Of a DNA stretch of 64,000 bases, positions 35,800 to 47,100 are shown piece after piece. The number at the start of each line of letters is the position of its first letter. Positions within the stretch are counted from its first letter, which is position 1. A model generated the notes under the pieces. The model did no database searches. It worked only from the letters and a program-made list of their open reading frames with translations, and was not told the origin of the DNA. The stretch comes from Candidatus Micrarchaeota archaeon (lineage in GTDB: Archaea > Micrarchaeota > Micrarchaeia > Micrarchaeales > CABMGC01), in assembly GCA_021850705.1 (NCBI GenBank), contig JAJZKU010000002.1, positions 2,825 through 66,824 of the forward strand. The letters are read 5' to 3'. Position numbers and translations under genes: made by a program.

Positions 35800-37332
35800 A
35801 TGAACAAAGGAGCTGTCGTTGGAGCAATAGTGCTCTTGGTGATAATAATAGCAGGTGCATACCTGATACTGCAGAACCAGGCGAATCTGGGAAGCAATGC
35901 AAATCTTGCAGTGATCAGCCTTACGGACCCGCCTAATGTCCCTAATGGTACAACATCACTCATGATATCATATTCGGCAGTGCAGGCGCATGTAGTAAAT
36001 GCAAGTTCATCAGGATGGGTAAACATACAGGGAAGCGGTTCTGTTGACCTTCTCTCGCTAGTCAACGTATCTCAGATAATAGCCAATTCTGGCATAGCTG
36101 CAAATTCAACGATAAACATGGTAAGATTCAAAGTGAATTCTGCCAATATAACAATAAACGGAGTAACTTCCAATGTCAGCGTGCCAAGCAGCATGATAAC
36201 TGCAAACGTAAGCAACAGCGGAAACAATACCTCGCATATACTTGTAGACCTCTCTCCTTCAATAGTGGCAATATACACCAACTCATCGACCGTGTTTATC
36301 ATGGTTCCGTCAGTACGCGCAGTCGCCTTTGCAGGAAGCCATGGCCATGTGCAGATAGGGACAAGAGCACAGCTAAACTCATCAGAAAAGGCAGAGATAG
36401 CTGTAAGGCCAAATCTAAGCATAACGGGTGAATCTGTGATGAGCTCAGGAAACACCAGCACAGTCAGCGTAACAGTGAAGAATAACGGCAACCAGAGCAT
36501 AACAATAAGGCATGTGATGGTAAGAGGAAGCATGCAGGTAGTTGTAAAGCCATTCGCGAGCGTAGACGCATCAGAGAATGCGAATGTGAACTCATCTGAA
36601 GGTGCTGGGATAAACGCCTCAGGAAAATCAGAAACTAATGTAAATTCACAGAGAAGGCCACTTGTCATGGGAGTACTGAATGGCAATGCCAATGCAAGTG
36701 CAAATGCAAGCGGTTTAGGTGCCAACCTTAACGGCTCTTACGGCATAGGTCTGCACAATGGTAACATCAGCGTAAACGAGAGCACAATCGTCAACAATGG
36801 CAAGGCGTTGCTCAATGAGACCATACATGTGGTTGCAGGCAACGTGGTTAAGATAGGAGACCTATTCATAAATGGAAATGCAATAACCTCTGGAAACGTC
36901 AGCATAAACGGCTCAGTTGTCAGGATAGGCAACATAGTAAGTATAAATAACGGAGAGATAGAAGTTGACGGAAGAGGTACAGGCGTCAGGATAAGCGGAC
37001 AGGGAGCCCAGGAAGCAGCCAACATAGGCGCAAATATAAAAACCAGAGTAAGCACCTTGGCGACTCTTGGGATAGAGATAAATGACCTGAGATCGGTGAA
37101 CTTTGCAGTATCGAGCAACGGCACATTGATACTGCCTAACTCGGAGAGGTCTGCTGAGGGAGAGAACGGATATGTTCTTGCTCCTGGTGCACAGGCAACA
37201 TTCACCTATTCGGGGACCATGTCTGCAGGAAACGGCCATGTGCTGATAAACTTTGTTCCTGGAAGCAATTACCGCGTTTATATACAAGGACAGGAAGGAG
37301 CAAATGCAAGGGCAAACGTAACTGCGTCATAA
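35800..37332 (+). CDS. N-terminally anchored, Asn-rich surface protein (possibly DUF4382-like N-domain)
   Basis: TM/signal segment GAVVGAIVLLVIIIAGAYLIL. The protein is rich in N-x-S/T sequons (NGTT, NASS, NVSQ, NSTI, NITI, NVSV...). Confidence 0.65.
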   Translation: MNKGAVVGAIVLLVIIIAGAYLILQNQANLGSNANLAVISLTDPPNVPNGTTSLMISYSAVQAHVVNASSSGWVNIQGSGSVDLLSLVNVSQIIANSGIAANSTINMVRFKVNSANITINGVTSNVSVPSSMITANVSNSGNNTSHILVDLSPSIVAIYTNSSTVFIMVPSVRAVAFAGSHGHVQIGTRAQLNSSEKAEIAVRPNLSITGESVMSSGNTSTVSVTVKNNGNQSITIRHVMVRGSMQVVVKPFASVDASENANVNSSEGAGINASGKSETNVNSQRRPLVMGVLNGNANASANASGLGANLNGSYGIGLHNGNISVNESTIVNNGKALLNETIHVVAGNVVKIGDLFINGNAITSGNVSINGSVVRIGNIVSINNGEIEVDGRGTGVRISGQGAQEAANIGANIKTRVSTLATLGIEINDLRSVNFAVSSNGTLILPNSERSAEGENGYVLAPGAQATFTYSGTMSAGNGHVLINFVPGSNYRVYIQGQEGANARANVTAS

Positions 37333-37345
37333 TAAGGTGACGCAG
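37322..37345 (+). terminator. 8-bp stem hairpin spanning the stop codon of 35800..37332
   Basis: CTGCGTCA-taataagg-TGACGCAG. There is no strong T-run, so terminator function is uncertain. Confidence 0.3.
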
Positions 37346-37360
37346 CTGCCCTTGCATATG

Positions 37361-37368
37361 TTTAAATA
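37361..37368 (+). promoter_or_regulatory. TATA box TTTAAATA upstream of 37399
   Basis: 31-38 nt upstream of the ATG. Confidence 0.4.
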
Positions 37369-37398
37369 GTTTGCAGAGAAAATGCTCCTAGTGGTCAA

Positions 37399-37713
37399 AT
37401 GGCAAAATCAAAAAGCCAAAAGAGTGAGAGAAACCTCATACTATGTGTCGGCACATACTTTTTCACATGGTTATCAGGCATAGCAGTATACCTATTCGTA
37501 AATAAGAAGGAGGATGCGTACCTCAAGTTCCATGCACTGCAGGCGATACTTCTTGGCGTTGTGATGTTTGTAATATTCTGGATACCAATCCCATTCCTTC
37601 CTATTCTATCACTGATACTGTGGCTGTATGGCTTATATGTAGGGTACGAGGCGTCTCAGGGCAACGATATAGAGATGCCAATAATAGGAGAGTTTGTAAA
37701 GAAGCACATGTAA
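37399..37713 (+). CDS. small membrane protein, DUF4870-like
   Basis: Three hydrophobic segments and a KFHALQAILLG motif. Confidence 0.6.
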   Translation: MAKSKSQKSERNLILCVGTYFFTWLSGIAVYLFVNKKEDAYLKFHALQAILLGVVMFVIFWIPIPFLPILSLILWLYGLYVGYEASQGNDIEMPIIGEFVKKHM

Positions 37714-37778
37714 ACTCTCTTGCATATCCGCATGATAAACGGCAAGTGCCAATTATGCCGAAGTTAAATAGGGCTTAA

Positions 37779-38363
37779 TCATACCGATGTCGAAGCTGTC
37801 GTATATACTGTAGTCGTAGATACAGATACTGTCTGAGAAGTTGTCCATAGCATAACGCGCAGCTCTGCAGGAACTCCATTATCCAAGATTACAGGAGTGT
37901 CTTGAACCACTACTGTAGTGGCATTATATGCCAGAGGATTTGGCCCTATGGTAAGGTTGTACAACTGCGGCGAGTAAATGACTATATAATAGTTATAGCT
38001 TACTCCAAGAAGCTGTTTTGATGCATCATAGTTGATTAGAGATAAGGCATAGAGCTTTGCTATCTTTGCTTCTGACAACCTGCCGCCTGTGCTGCTTGCA
38101 AGTCCTATGCTGGTATTTGTCCATGTTGACAGGTTTGCCGGATCTACTGAATAATACCAGTTGGAAGGAGTTCCTGTTGTCAACAGTCTGTTGGTAAGCT
38201 GCTGCATATCTGACTGCATATTACCATATGCATTCGAGTATGTTATAGAAAACTGCTGCGACACATTAAACCAGACATAGGTAAGAATAACCATGGTTAT
38301 TGCAAATATCACTATCGCAAAGATCATATCCATAGACCAGAATTGCAGCTTCATGTTCCCCAA
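37779..38363 (-). CDS. pilin-like protein (class III signal-like N-terminus)
   Basis: MKLQFWSMDMIFAIVIFAITMVILTYVWF is a short basic N-terminus plus a hydrophobic helix. Sequon-rich, with a Thr/Ser-rich C-terminus. A 13-nt overlap with the upstream giant gene suggests an operon. Confidence 0.6.
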   Translation of the reverse strand: MGNMKLQFWSMDMIFAIVIFAITMVILTYVWFNVSQQFSITYSNAYGNMQSDMQQLTNRLLTTGTPSNWYYSVDPANLSTWTNTSIGLASSTGGRLSEAKIAKLYALSLINYDASKQLLGVSYNYYIVIYSPQLYNLTIGPNPLAYNATTVVVQDTPVILDNGVPAELRVMLWTTSQTVSVSTTTVYTTASTSV

Positions 38364-41300
38364 CTCAAAGGTATCTGCTCAGTATATGTTATTGGCAACT
38401 GATTGTTATAAAGTTGATATACCTGCCCTGATGTAAGCGAGACGTTATAATACTCTATATTTGCTACGCTGCCTGCAAGATTAGGACCAACTATGATGGG
38501 GCTTGACGGTATTCCTGATGAAGAAGTGCCTTTAGCCAGAAGCACTCCATCGGCATAATAACTTACGTTCTTTCCATCAAACGTGCCCACTACATATGTC
38601 CACTTTCCAATAGGAAATGTTGTGACATTATTTGAAGTTGCGCTCCCTCCACCAACTGTAAATCCTTGTTTTGACGAAGTTCTGAAAAGCCCGTAATTCG
38701 AACTTCCAGGAGTGCCCAGATAAACTCCTGGTCCTGAAACCGGCTGGTCCAGATATACCCATGAAGCTATGCTGAAGTGCTGATAATTGTGATTATCGGC
38801 TACTATCGCATTACCCGAACCCAGTGAGGATACTCCATAGCTGTTCAGTGAAGGTATCGCAGAAGGATTTACTAAATATTCATAAGTTGTGGCATTCTCA
38901 GTACCGTTATTCCCATTACCGCTGTAATCATTTGCATTTCCATTAAGCGGCCACCATCCTACCAGCCCATCATTAGGTCTTGGCATGCCGTAGATTCCGG
39001 AATTATATAACATACTAACTTCCTTCTTAGATAACGGCACGCTGTATAACTGCACGTTTGCCATGGATCCATTTAATGCGTATGCCTCTCCAGAACTGTA
39101 TGAGTTGCCTATATCGAACGGTACTGATTGCGCAAGATTAAGATGCGCGCTTAGCATGGCGGAATCCGCTGTCGTATTGTCTAGATATACGGTTACCTGT
39201 CCTGTGCTTCCATTATACTCTGCAGTCACCATCTCCCAGGTATTTAGAGGAAAGGATGGCAATCCATTGCCGCCATATCCTGTCCATTTCACTATCTGTC
39301 CTCCAACAAGAAGGACATATTCCAAAGCAGCGGCATCGGTACACGCATAAAACTGGAATCCTGTGCTAGCACTGCTATCTCCAGCTACGCTTTCCCAGCC
39401 GGTACACGAATTAAGTTTAATCCATGCGGTGATTGTGAACGATCCTGTAGTTAATACGTCTGCATAATTCTTTATATTATTGACAGCCATGTAGCTGCCG
39501 TCTGCATGGCTGAAACCGGTTGCAAGAAAACGGGCAGTATTGTTGGGTACAGTCTGTTGCATGTTCTGGGAGACGAATCTGAAGCTGCCTGTTCCAAATC
39601 CGTTGTCATTATTACTGCTGTAGTCATTCGTATTCCCATTTAGTGGCCACCAGCCTACAAGTCCGCCAAGCAAAGGCATTCCGCTAATTCCCTCATGATA
39701 AAGAAGGGATATCTGGGATTCAGAAAGTGAAGCATCATAAACCTGTGCATTGGCAATAGCACCGTTGAAATACGTACCGACTGCCCCGGGAAGTATGGTC
39801 CCATATCCTATGTACAGCGGGCTCTTTGACACTACGAGATTGCTTCCTGTGCCTGAATTGGATCTGCATGCAGTATTGACACATATCGTTGCAGTTCCGT
39901 TCGAGTTAAGAGACCCTACAACAAAAGACCATTCGCCGATAGGGACCTTTACCCCAGAATAGATGGGCGTGGATGCCAGTACTCCGTCCATTACCGCATA
40001 TCCACTCGCATTTATTGATATTTCATACTGTAAGCCCTTTGCGATTATGCCTGCCCCGTTCCTGTTGTCTGCCGAGTATCTTTTAGGGTAAACCCATGCG
40101 GCAAGTGTGACAGAATTCGTTGGATCAAGCGAAGCAGAATCAGCGACGTTTACATAGCTATCATATCCTGTGAACTGTCCGACATAATTCACATTGTTCC
40201 AGTATCCGTTCTCCAGAGTACCAGGATCCAAACTGTTAGCAAAATTGAAGATAACATTGCCTTGGTTAGTATTAAGCGGCCACCAGCCGGAGAGATTCTT
40301 CGCAGTATATGCGTTTCCTTCAAAAGGAGTGACCTTGACATTGGCATATCCTGTATTGTTTGTCTGCATCAGGAAAGCTGTTGCAATACCGTTGTTATTT
40401 GTAAAATTAGAAGCAGACTGGCCGTTTCCTTCAAAGCTGCCAAGAGTTGATGAAAAGCCCACAAGGTCACCTTTTACAGGAGACAGGGTAACATTTGTCA
40501 CATTTGCATATATTTGTGCTACAGTAGGATAAACCACCTGATATGCTCTTCCATCGTTTCCATTTCCACTGTAATCATTTGCATTGCCATTCAGCGGCCA
40601 CCATGCAGATAGGTTATCCGACCTGACAGGCGCTCCGTTTATTCCACCATTCTGGAGCTGGGTTATCTGGTTAGAGTTAAGTGCAGTACTGTATATCTGC
40701 AGGTCAGATACCGAACCGCTGAACGGGGTACCGCTCTGGCAGGCTCCCTGTCCGCTATTGTAAGTATAATCGGTTGAACCTAAGACCAGGTTGTAGATAT
40801 AACTTGCAGAATCCAATGGCACTACTCCGTTTGCGATAGTCTTCCTCCCATTTACATAAAGCGCAAGCTTGTTTGTGGCATCGGAGTATGTCCAAGCTAC
40901 AAAGTACCACGTATTGCTCTTTATCGGAAGGAAGGCTTCTGATGAACCTCTGTTAATGTTCTGGAAACCACCATATATATTATTATTAGACACATATATC
41001 ATAGGGCCAAAGCAGTAGCTTCCCTGCTGGGATGTTCCATAATTGACTACTGCCATATGTCCTGAACTAGGCGGCAATTGTTTTACATATACCCATGCAG
41101 ACATTGTTATCGCGTTGTAGACAAACGGCTGCAAAAGGCTCGGAGAGTTTGCAACGTAAATGTAGCTGTCCTGCCCATTCATCTGTGCTACGTGCGTTAC
41201 TTTAGTGTATACATCAAGGCCTGAACCTTGTGCATAGGTGGTGTTGCACACATAATCTATGCATATATCTCCGTGAGAGTTCTGCAGATATATCAGACCG

Positions 41301-41698
41301 CTTGCAACAGGCATGTTGTATGTATGAATGGCATTAGGGGATTCGTACTGTTGCGAGGAAATTACTCTGGCTACAGGAGCATAAGCATAAGCGTACGAAA
41401 GCTTTCCAGTAGCATTATTATACACTATTACCGTCCCTGAGGAAGTGATAGATAGGTTATAATTCACAAGACCTGCGCCTGAAGGAAGGCTGACATTCTG
41501 AGCATACCCGTTGCCTAAAGATGATGCGGTATTTATATCCTGTGCTATTGTCTGCGCTATTACCTGCAGCTGCGCATAATCCTGCTGCTGCGACTGCTCA
41601 ACGCGCTGCGTCGCTACCAAGCCGAATATCAGAACGAATATTATCAGCACGAACGAGAATACTATTACATAATCTATTGAGAGTTGGGCCTTTACCAT
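38351..41698 (-). CDS. giant pilin-signal protein with multiple LamG (concanavalin A-like lectin) modules
   Basis: The likely start is MVKAQLSIDYVIVFSFVLIIFVLIF (track ORF extends to 41725). There are four WWPLN(G/T)N... inter-module linkers (e.g. LVGWWPLNGNANDYSGNGNNG), each preceded by a ..LQIYSTALNSNQI..-type LamG_3 C-terminal strand. Confidence 0.8.
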   Translation of the reverse strand: MVKAQLSIDYVIVFSFVLIIFVLIFGLVATQRVEQSQQQDYAQLQVIAQTIAQDINTASSLGNGYAQNVSLPSGAGLVNYNLSITSSGTVIVYNNATGKLSYAYAYAPVARVISSQQYESPNAIHTYNMPVASGLIYLQNSHGDICIDYVCNTTYAQGSGLDVYTKVTHVAQMNGQDSYIYVANSPSLLQPFVYNAITMSAWVYVKQLPPSSGHMAVVNYGTSQQGSYCFGPMIYVSNNNIYGGFQNINRGSSEAFLPIKSNTWYFVAWTYSDATNKLALYVNGRKTIANGVVPLDSASYIYNLVLGSTDYTYNSGQGACQSGTPFSGSVSDLQIYSTALNSNQITQLQNGGINGAPVRSDNLSAWWPLNGNANDYSGNGNDGRAYQVVYPTVAQIYANVTNVTLSPVKGDLVGFSSTLGSFEGNGQSASNFTNNNGIATAFLMQTNNTGYANVKVTPFEGNAYTAKNLSGWWPLNTNQGNVIFNFANSLDPGTLENGYWNNVNYVGQFTGYDSYVNVADSASLDPTNSVTLAAWVYPKRYSADNRNGAGIIAKGLQYEISINASGYAVMDGVLASTPIYSGVKVPIGEWSFVVGSLNSNGTATICVNTACRSNSGTGSNLVVSKSPLYIGYGTILPGAVGTYFNGAIANAQVYDASLSESQISLLYHEGISGMPLLGGLVGWWPLNGNTNDYSSNNDNGFGTGSFRFVSQNMQQTVPNNTARFLATGFSHADGSYMAVNNIKNYADVLTTGSFTITAWIKLNSCTGWESVAGDSSASTGFQFYACTDAAALEYVLLVGGQIVKWTGYGGNGLPSFPLNTWEMVTAEYNGSTGQVTVYLDNTTADSAMLSAHLNLAQSVPFDIGNSYSSGEAYALNGSMANVQLYSVPLSKKEVSMLYNSGIYGMPRPNDGLVGWWPLNGNANDYSGNGNNGTENATTYEYLVNPSAIPSLNSYGVSSLGSGNAIVADNHNYQHFSIASWVYLDQPVSGPGVYLGTPGSSNYGLFRTSSKQGFTVGGGSATSNNVTTFPIGKWTYVVGTFDGKNVSYYADGVLLAKGTSSSGIPSSPIIVGPNLAGSVANIEYYNVSLTSGQVYQLYNNQLPITYTEQIPLSWGT

Positions 41699-41862
41699 TG
41701 CAACGCAATTTATAGTAACCAACACAGCTTAAAAAAGATTTAGTTACGTCTCTTTCACAAAGCCTTACAGATACCTATTTAAACTCTAAAATAAATTAAT
41801 TATTCAATCGCCGCCAGCCGTAATATAATAAGGTTTGAATTTAACATAATATGTGTTTGTAA

Positions 41863-44091
41863 ATGAAGGGAATCGTCTTTACACTTGATGCTGTTTTTGC
41901 AATAATGATAGCCACGATTGCGATATCTATTTTATTATACTTCAATTATGCTCCTGTAAATCAATACAGCGTAGAGGCTTCTTCAGTCGGTTCCTTAGTA
42001 AGTATGTTATCAACTACGAATTTAGCGAATTTCAGCTCCCCACTTGCTGCCCAGATTAACAACCAGTATCAAGCCATAAATCAGGAATGGCCTGAATTCT
42101 ACCAGAGCGACAACGGTTCAAATAGCAACATTAACGGTCCGAATACTGACAGCGTTCTTATGGTATACAACACCTCTTCCCCATATATAAACGCCAACGG
42201 CATTGTTGCAGCAGGAGGAGCAATAAACTTCCTAAATTGTCAATGTGGAGTATATTATAATTCATATGGATATGTAGTACAGTCCCAAGGTCTTTATGCG
42301 GACAATCAAGGTTACTTAATCTATTACGATAACGCATACGTCTCTGCTAATAACATTAATGTGACTAATGGACAATGGTCATTTAAACTGCCCTCTTCTT
42401 CGAGTCAGATATCCTCACCAATATTGGGATATGATGGAATGATCATTGTCCCGGTTTATACTAGCGGAAATTCTGCAGAAACAGGAATAATAGGAATACA
42501 CGCGAATAACGGTACGGAAGCATGGATTCTGAACATAGGTGGCGAGGTTAACTCTATTGCCATAGCAAATGGCGATATGGCTGCTGCAGTTGGGAATACG
42601 GTTAAGGTATTTGGATACCAGGGAAGCGGTGTCCCTATAAGTATTTACAATAATACGTATGCATACTTGCCAACCAGAATAGTTTTCTACGACGGATCAT
42701 TTTATGTTGCAGATTCCTCATCGACCTCAGGCATATCTGTCTACAACAATGCGCTTTTTTCTCAGTCAACATCTAATTATGACTCTGGAGTCGGGAACGT
42801 GAGCTCAGGATCTTGGACAGTCCACATGCCTCAATATATAGGCAAATCTCTGATCGGTGGGCAGCCTGTTGCCACAAGTGGGAACCTGTATACATTATGG
42901 TCCAATAAATATTTAGTAGACCAAAATCCAGATAACGGTAAGATAAAATGGGCTATACAGATACCTTACTCCGGTGCATTATCCCCGCGAATGATACTTG
43001 CATACGGGGAACTTTATGTGGTTGTGGGAAGTAAGCTTATCTCATTCGGAAGCTGCCCAGGAATTTCATCAAGGTCCATACTCTCAAACTTAATCTCTTT
43101 CTATGCTAACGGGCTATCAAGCTGTGCAGATACGCTTCTAAGTACTGCAAATCCATCACAAAATGCTTCTGTGATGACATCATCTGGAGATACGACCGGC
43201 ATTACATATGAAAATAAAACTCTTATGTATCCATACGTGCTTAACTTTACAGGATATGATAGCTATGTTCGTATATCAAATAACAGTGCACTAAGTCCAG
43301 AAGCAGGCCCAAATGGGAAAATGTCCCTATGTGCATGGTATAACATAGTCTCTTTATCAGGTTATTATGGCCCTTTAATAAAAGGGAAGAATCCACCGAG
43401 CAATGGCAATGCATGGGAGTACACGCTTGATCAGAAAGGCTATACTGGTCCATCGTCCCATCCCTCATTTACTGTATGGAGTCCTTCCGGTGCGAATATA
43501 GCTTATGGGGAGGCCAATTCAATAACGTTTAATAGTATGTTAAATAACTGGTCATTCGCATGCTTTACTTATGATTATCCGGACCAGAAGGCATATTACT
43601 ACTTTAACGGAGTACAGTATAATGCAAGTATTACCAACGCATATGGTCCGGCTTCTGCAGGCAATGGGAGCATTGTCATAGGCGCCGGAGAGAACCCGTC
43701 AAATCCTTCCACCAACCCGGGATACTCTAAGGTGATGGTCTCAGATTTACAGATTTATAATGCGATACTATCCAAAAGCCAGATAAAGATGTTATATCAG
43801 CAGGGCATTACTGCCTCGCCGATACAATCTGACGGTCTTGTAGGCTGGTGGCCTCTCGGAGGGGATGCGAACGATTACAGCGGCAACGACCATACAGGAT
43901 TTATATCATATGCAATTCCAGCTTATGCAGGATTCATATCCCCCAGCTATCAAGACTCTCAAACTGTTAGTGTATCAAAAGTGATAGTCCTATCGCAATT
44001 CTCAGGAGAGACAAGAATTTACAACTCCTTTTATATAGTAAGTCCATCAGCTAGTTATGAATTCATAGGTGGGGTATATAGCTGGAGATAA
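41863..44091 (+). CDS. pilin-signal protein with PQQ-like beta-propeller repeats and a C-terminal LamG module
   Basis: MKGIVFTLDAVFAIMIATIAISILLY N-terminus. NGTEAWILNIGG and DNGKIKWAIQIP repeats resemble PQQ_2/BamB-like blades. Also SDLQIYNAILSKSQIKMLYQQG...LVGWWPLGGDANDYSGNDHTG. Confidence 0.75.
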   Translation: MKGIVFTLDAVFAIMIATIAISILLYFNYAPVNQYSVEASSVGSLVSMLSTTNLANFSSPLAAQINNQYQAINQEWPEFYQSDNGSNSNINGPNTDSVLMVYNTSSPYINANGIVAAGGAINFLNCQCGVYYNSYGYVVQSQGLYADNQGYLIYYDNAYVSANNINVTNGQWSFKLPSSSSQISSPILGYDGMIIVPVYTSGNSAETGIIGIHANNGTEAWILNIGGEVNSIAIANGDMAAAVGNTVKVFGYQGSGVPISIYNNTYAYLPTRIVFYDGSFYVADSSSTSGISVYNNALFSQSTSNYDSGVGNVSSGSWTVHMPQYIGKSLIGGQPVATSGNLYTLWSNKYLVDQNPDNGKIKWAIQIPYSGALSPRMILAYGELYVVVGSKLISFGSCPGISSRSILSNLISFYANGLSSCADTLLSTANPSQNASVMTSSGDTTGITYENKTLMYPYVLNFTGYDSYVRISNNSALSPEAGPNGKMSLCAWYNIVSLSGYYGPLIKGKNPPSNGNAWEYTLDQKGYTGPSSHPSFTVWSPSGANIAYGEANSITFNSMLNNWSFACFTYDYPDQKAYYYFNGVQYNASITNAYGPASAGNGSIVIGAGENPSNPSTNPGYSKVMVSDLQIYNAILSKSQIKMLYQQGITASPIQSDGLVGWWPLGGDANDYSGNDHTGFISYAIPAYAGFISPSYQDSQTVSVSKVIVLSQFSGETRIYNSFYIVSPSASYEFIGGVYSWR

Positions 44092-44113
44092 TGTTCTTTA
44101 TGGATGATTGTTT

Positions 44114-47100
44114 ATGAAACTGCAACTTATGACAATAAGTGTTTTGATTCTGTTTATTCTTATGCTAGCCGAATTAGTGATATTCATAACACTGAATACT
44201 GGATATGCCAGTTTATCACAATCATATTCGCAACAAAGCAACCTTCTGAGTTATAAGTCGTATCTAATCTCAACCAGCAAAGCGTTTGCAGCCAAAGCAC
44301 TACACGATGCTTTGTTTAGCTTAGCGGTTTATGAATATAATAGCGGAGGACCTAATTTTATTACTAATTCCTCAGAATACATTTCACAGATAGTCAAAAA
44401 CGGCACTGTACCTAATGAATATGTTTATGTATCATATAATGGAGCTGGCCCCGGGATAAACTCTTATAATTACGGGGATCTTAATGATCCATCTACATTT
44501 ATCTTTTTTAACGGATCTGTAGAAGCTCAACCTCCTTACGGCGTCTCCAATATAGTAATAAAGGAATCTATGCCATCGGTCTACCAAAACGGCCCGTATA
44601 ACATATCTGTAGCATATACTGAATATGTTAGTCTTAACGCGAGTGGCGTCATCTATAAATATGAAATACCTGTAAATGCCACCATATCTTTAAACGGGAC
44701 TCCTGACTTATATTATGCCCAGCAAGGGATAACAAGGTACATAAATTTTGGAAACGTTTCCACTCTTATAACAAATATTGGTAACTCCGAAGCGCTTAAC
44801 GGGACTACTGGTCTGTTTGCATTTGGCAGCGTTCTGGATTACGGGAGCAATACGGTGTGCCCAAGCAATAATGCGCTAATATCATCGCAGATAATATTTG
44901 CCACAGACAACGCCCAGAATATAAACTGCAACGGAAGCAATTTTGGCGGAATAATCTCATATAACTCTCCTTCTGCAATTCCTGCCAATTATGTAGCATA
45001 CCTAAACTACCCTGTTGCATCAAACTATATATCGAATAGTATAAACGATGGCCAAGCAGTTCTTCTATACGGACCTTCTCTAGAAACCCTAGATACACAT
45101 GGTCTGATAAATGCAATAAATAACGGTTATTACTTTGCCTCTCCTTTTGCTCCGTCATACCTTGACAGGGCAGATGGGAATCTTGGAAATAGCTCTATAG
45201 ACGGCATATTTACTTTTACAGGATATAACAAAAGAGTAGCGTATCTTACAGAAAATTCATACATAGCAGGTAACGGGGTAACTATAGCAAACATAACGAA
45301 CCTTGAGTGGGTGTACCCTATGAGCAACCAATCGTTCGGTCCTATAGCGGAATTCGGCGGATCTACAGAGAATTCTGGTTTTTATAATATAAGTCTTGAC
45401 AATGGAAATATAGTAATATGGAATGGGGCTAAGAAGTACGTAAGCTCATTCATTGTTCCTACGTACAGGTGGAGCTTAATAGGATTCTCATTAAACAAGA
45501 GTTTTATAAGAGTATTCGATAATGGGAATTCACAGCTGTTCTCTTCGCTCTCCAATCCATCACCAAGCCCAAATAACAAAGATTTTATAATAGGCGCCCA
45601 GTTAGGAAACAATAATTATTATACAAAAATGGCCATATCAGACCTGCAGCTGTATAACAATACACTGAATACGCAGCAGGTGTATAAAGTATATCAAGAT
45701 GGAATTGGCAGCCTCCCTATACCCGATTCGAATATTATTTTGTGGTTGCCGCTAAACAATAATGCTAATGACCTTAGTGGAGTTGACGGCTATAGCTATA
45801 CCATATGGACAAACGGTATTGGAACAATATATTATGCCAATAGACATAATATTATCCCATACAGGGTCAATTATTTATATCCGCAGAACTATAACCGGGA
45901 CAGTGCACTTATAGTCCCATCTGCACAGCCAACCTTCCCCATACCTGGAATTCTTGCATGCAGCAACAATCAGCAGTGCGCCAACTTAACCTCTCCTCAT
46001 CTATACCTTTCAGATATACCTTTGGAATACGGGCCAAGCCTTGCTGCTTCATTCAATCCAAGTGTCAGCAGCATGATAGTAACACAACAGCTAAATGCAA
46101 CTCCTCTTACAAAATCCACATCATTCACTTTCTCGACATGGATATACGGCTACGGCCCCACTACCGGCGGAGAGACCATAGCAAACAGTTCAAATAACAA
46201 CAACGATGCGGGATTTGACCTATTATTCTCAAAACTAGGAAATGGTCAGTCTGATTATATATTATCAATGGCACCTTGCTGCAACAACAGGCTTCCGTGG
46301 CCTAACGGGGTCGAAAGTTTTCCACTTAACACATGGGAGATGGTAACTGCAGAGTACAACACAACTACCGGGATAGCAAGCGTTTATCTCAACTCCACTC
46401 TATTCGTATCTAAGAACGTCGGGAAAGGGCTAAATGTTGCACAGCTTCTCCCTATTTATCTAGGAAGTAACAGTGTAAGCGGAGGACCGACTTACTCATT
46501 CAACGGACTAATGTCAGACGTGCAGTTATACAATACAAGCCTGAACAACGGTCAAATATCTTCGCTCTATTCTGAGGGAATAGCAGGTGCTCCAATACAA
46601 TCAAGCACTCTTGTTGCCTGGTGGCCGCTTAACGGGAATGCAAATGATTACAGCGGAAACGGAAATAATGGTTTTACATACAACCTTACTTATACTCCAA
46701 TAACAGGATATTCTGATTATGGAACGTCTACGCCTACTGCCATATCTGATGAATGGCAAGCTCTTGGTTTTGGAGCTGCGCCGCAACAGAGCATCTTCTG
46801 GAACGTTACCGGATGGACGAGTTCAAGTGGCATACTCCCATACTCATCTGTCACGGCGAGTCCTGCACTTCCGCAAGGAGTCAGTGTCGAAACATCAAAT
46901 ATTGCAGGATGGTACGGCATACCTACATACAGGAACAATGCCAATGGCCTTCCAGGTTTCACAGGATGGGCTTACGAGAGCAATACGATAACCGGCAGGC
47001 AGATAAACCTGATGAATGCAGTGCCATTTCCTGTGCCTTTCAACGCTCTCAACAATGCAATAGCGTGTGGTTCTGGAACCGGATACACTGCAACAGCAAA

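Noticed and set aside
35667-36065. 132-aa minus-strand ORF overlapping the promoter and 5' end of 35800..37332
   Set aside because: It overlaps the TATA box and the signal-anchor coding region of a better-supported gene. Its composition is consistent with an antisense artefact.
36072-37205. Minus-strand ORFs 36072..36725 and 36738..37205
   Set aside because: Antisense to the 510-aa Asn-rich surface-protein gene. The plus-strand ORF has a start with a TATA box and a signal anchor; the minus ORFs have neither.
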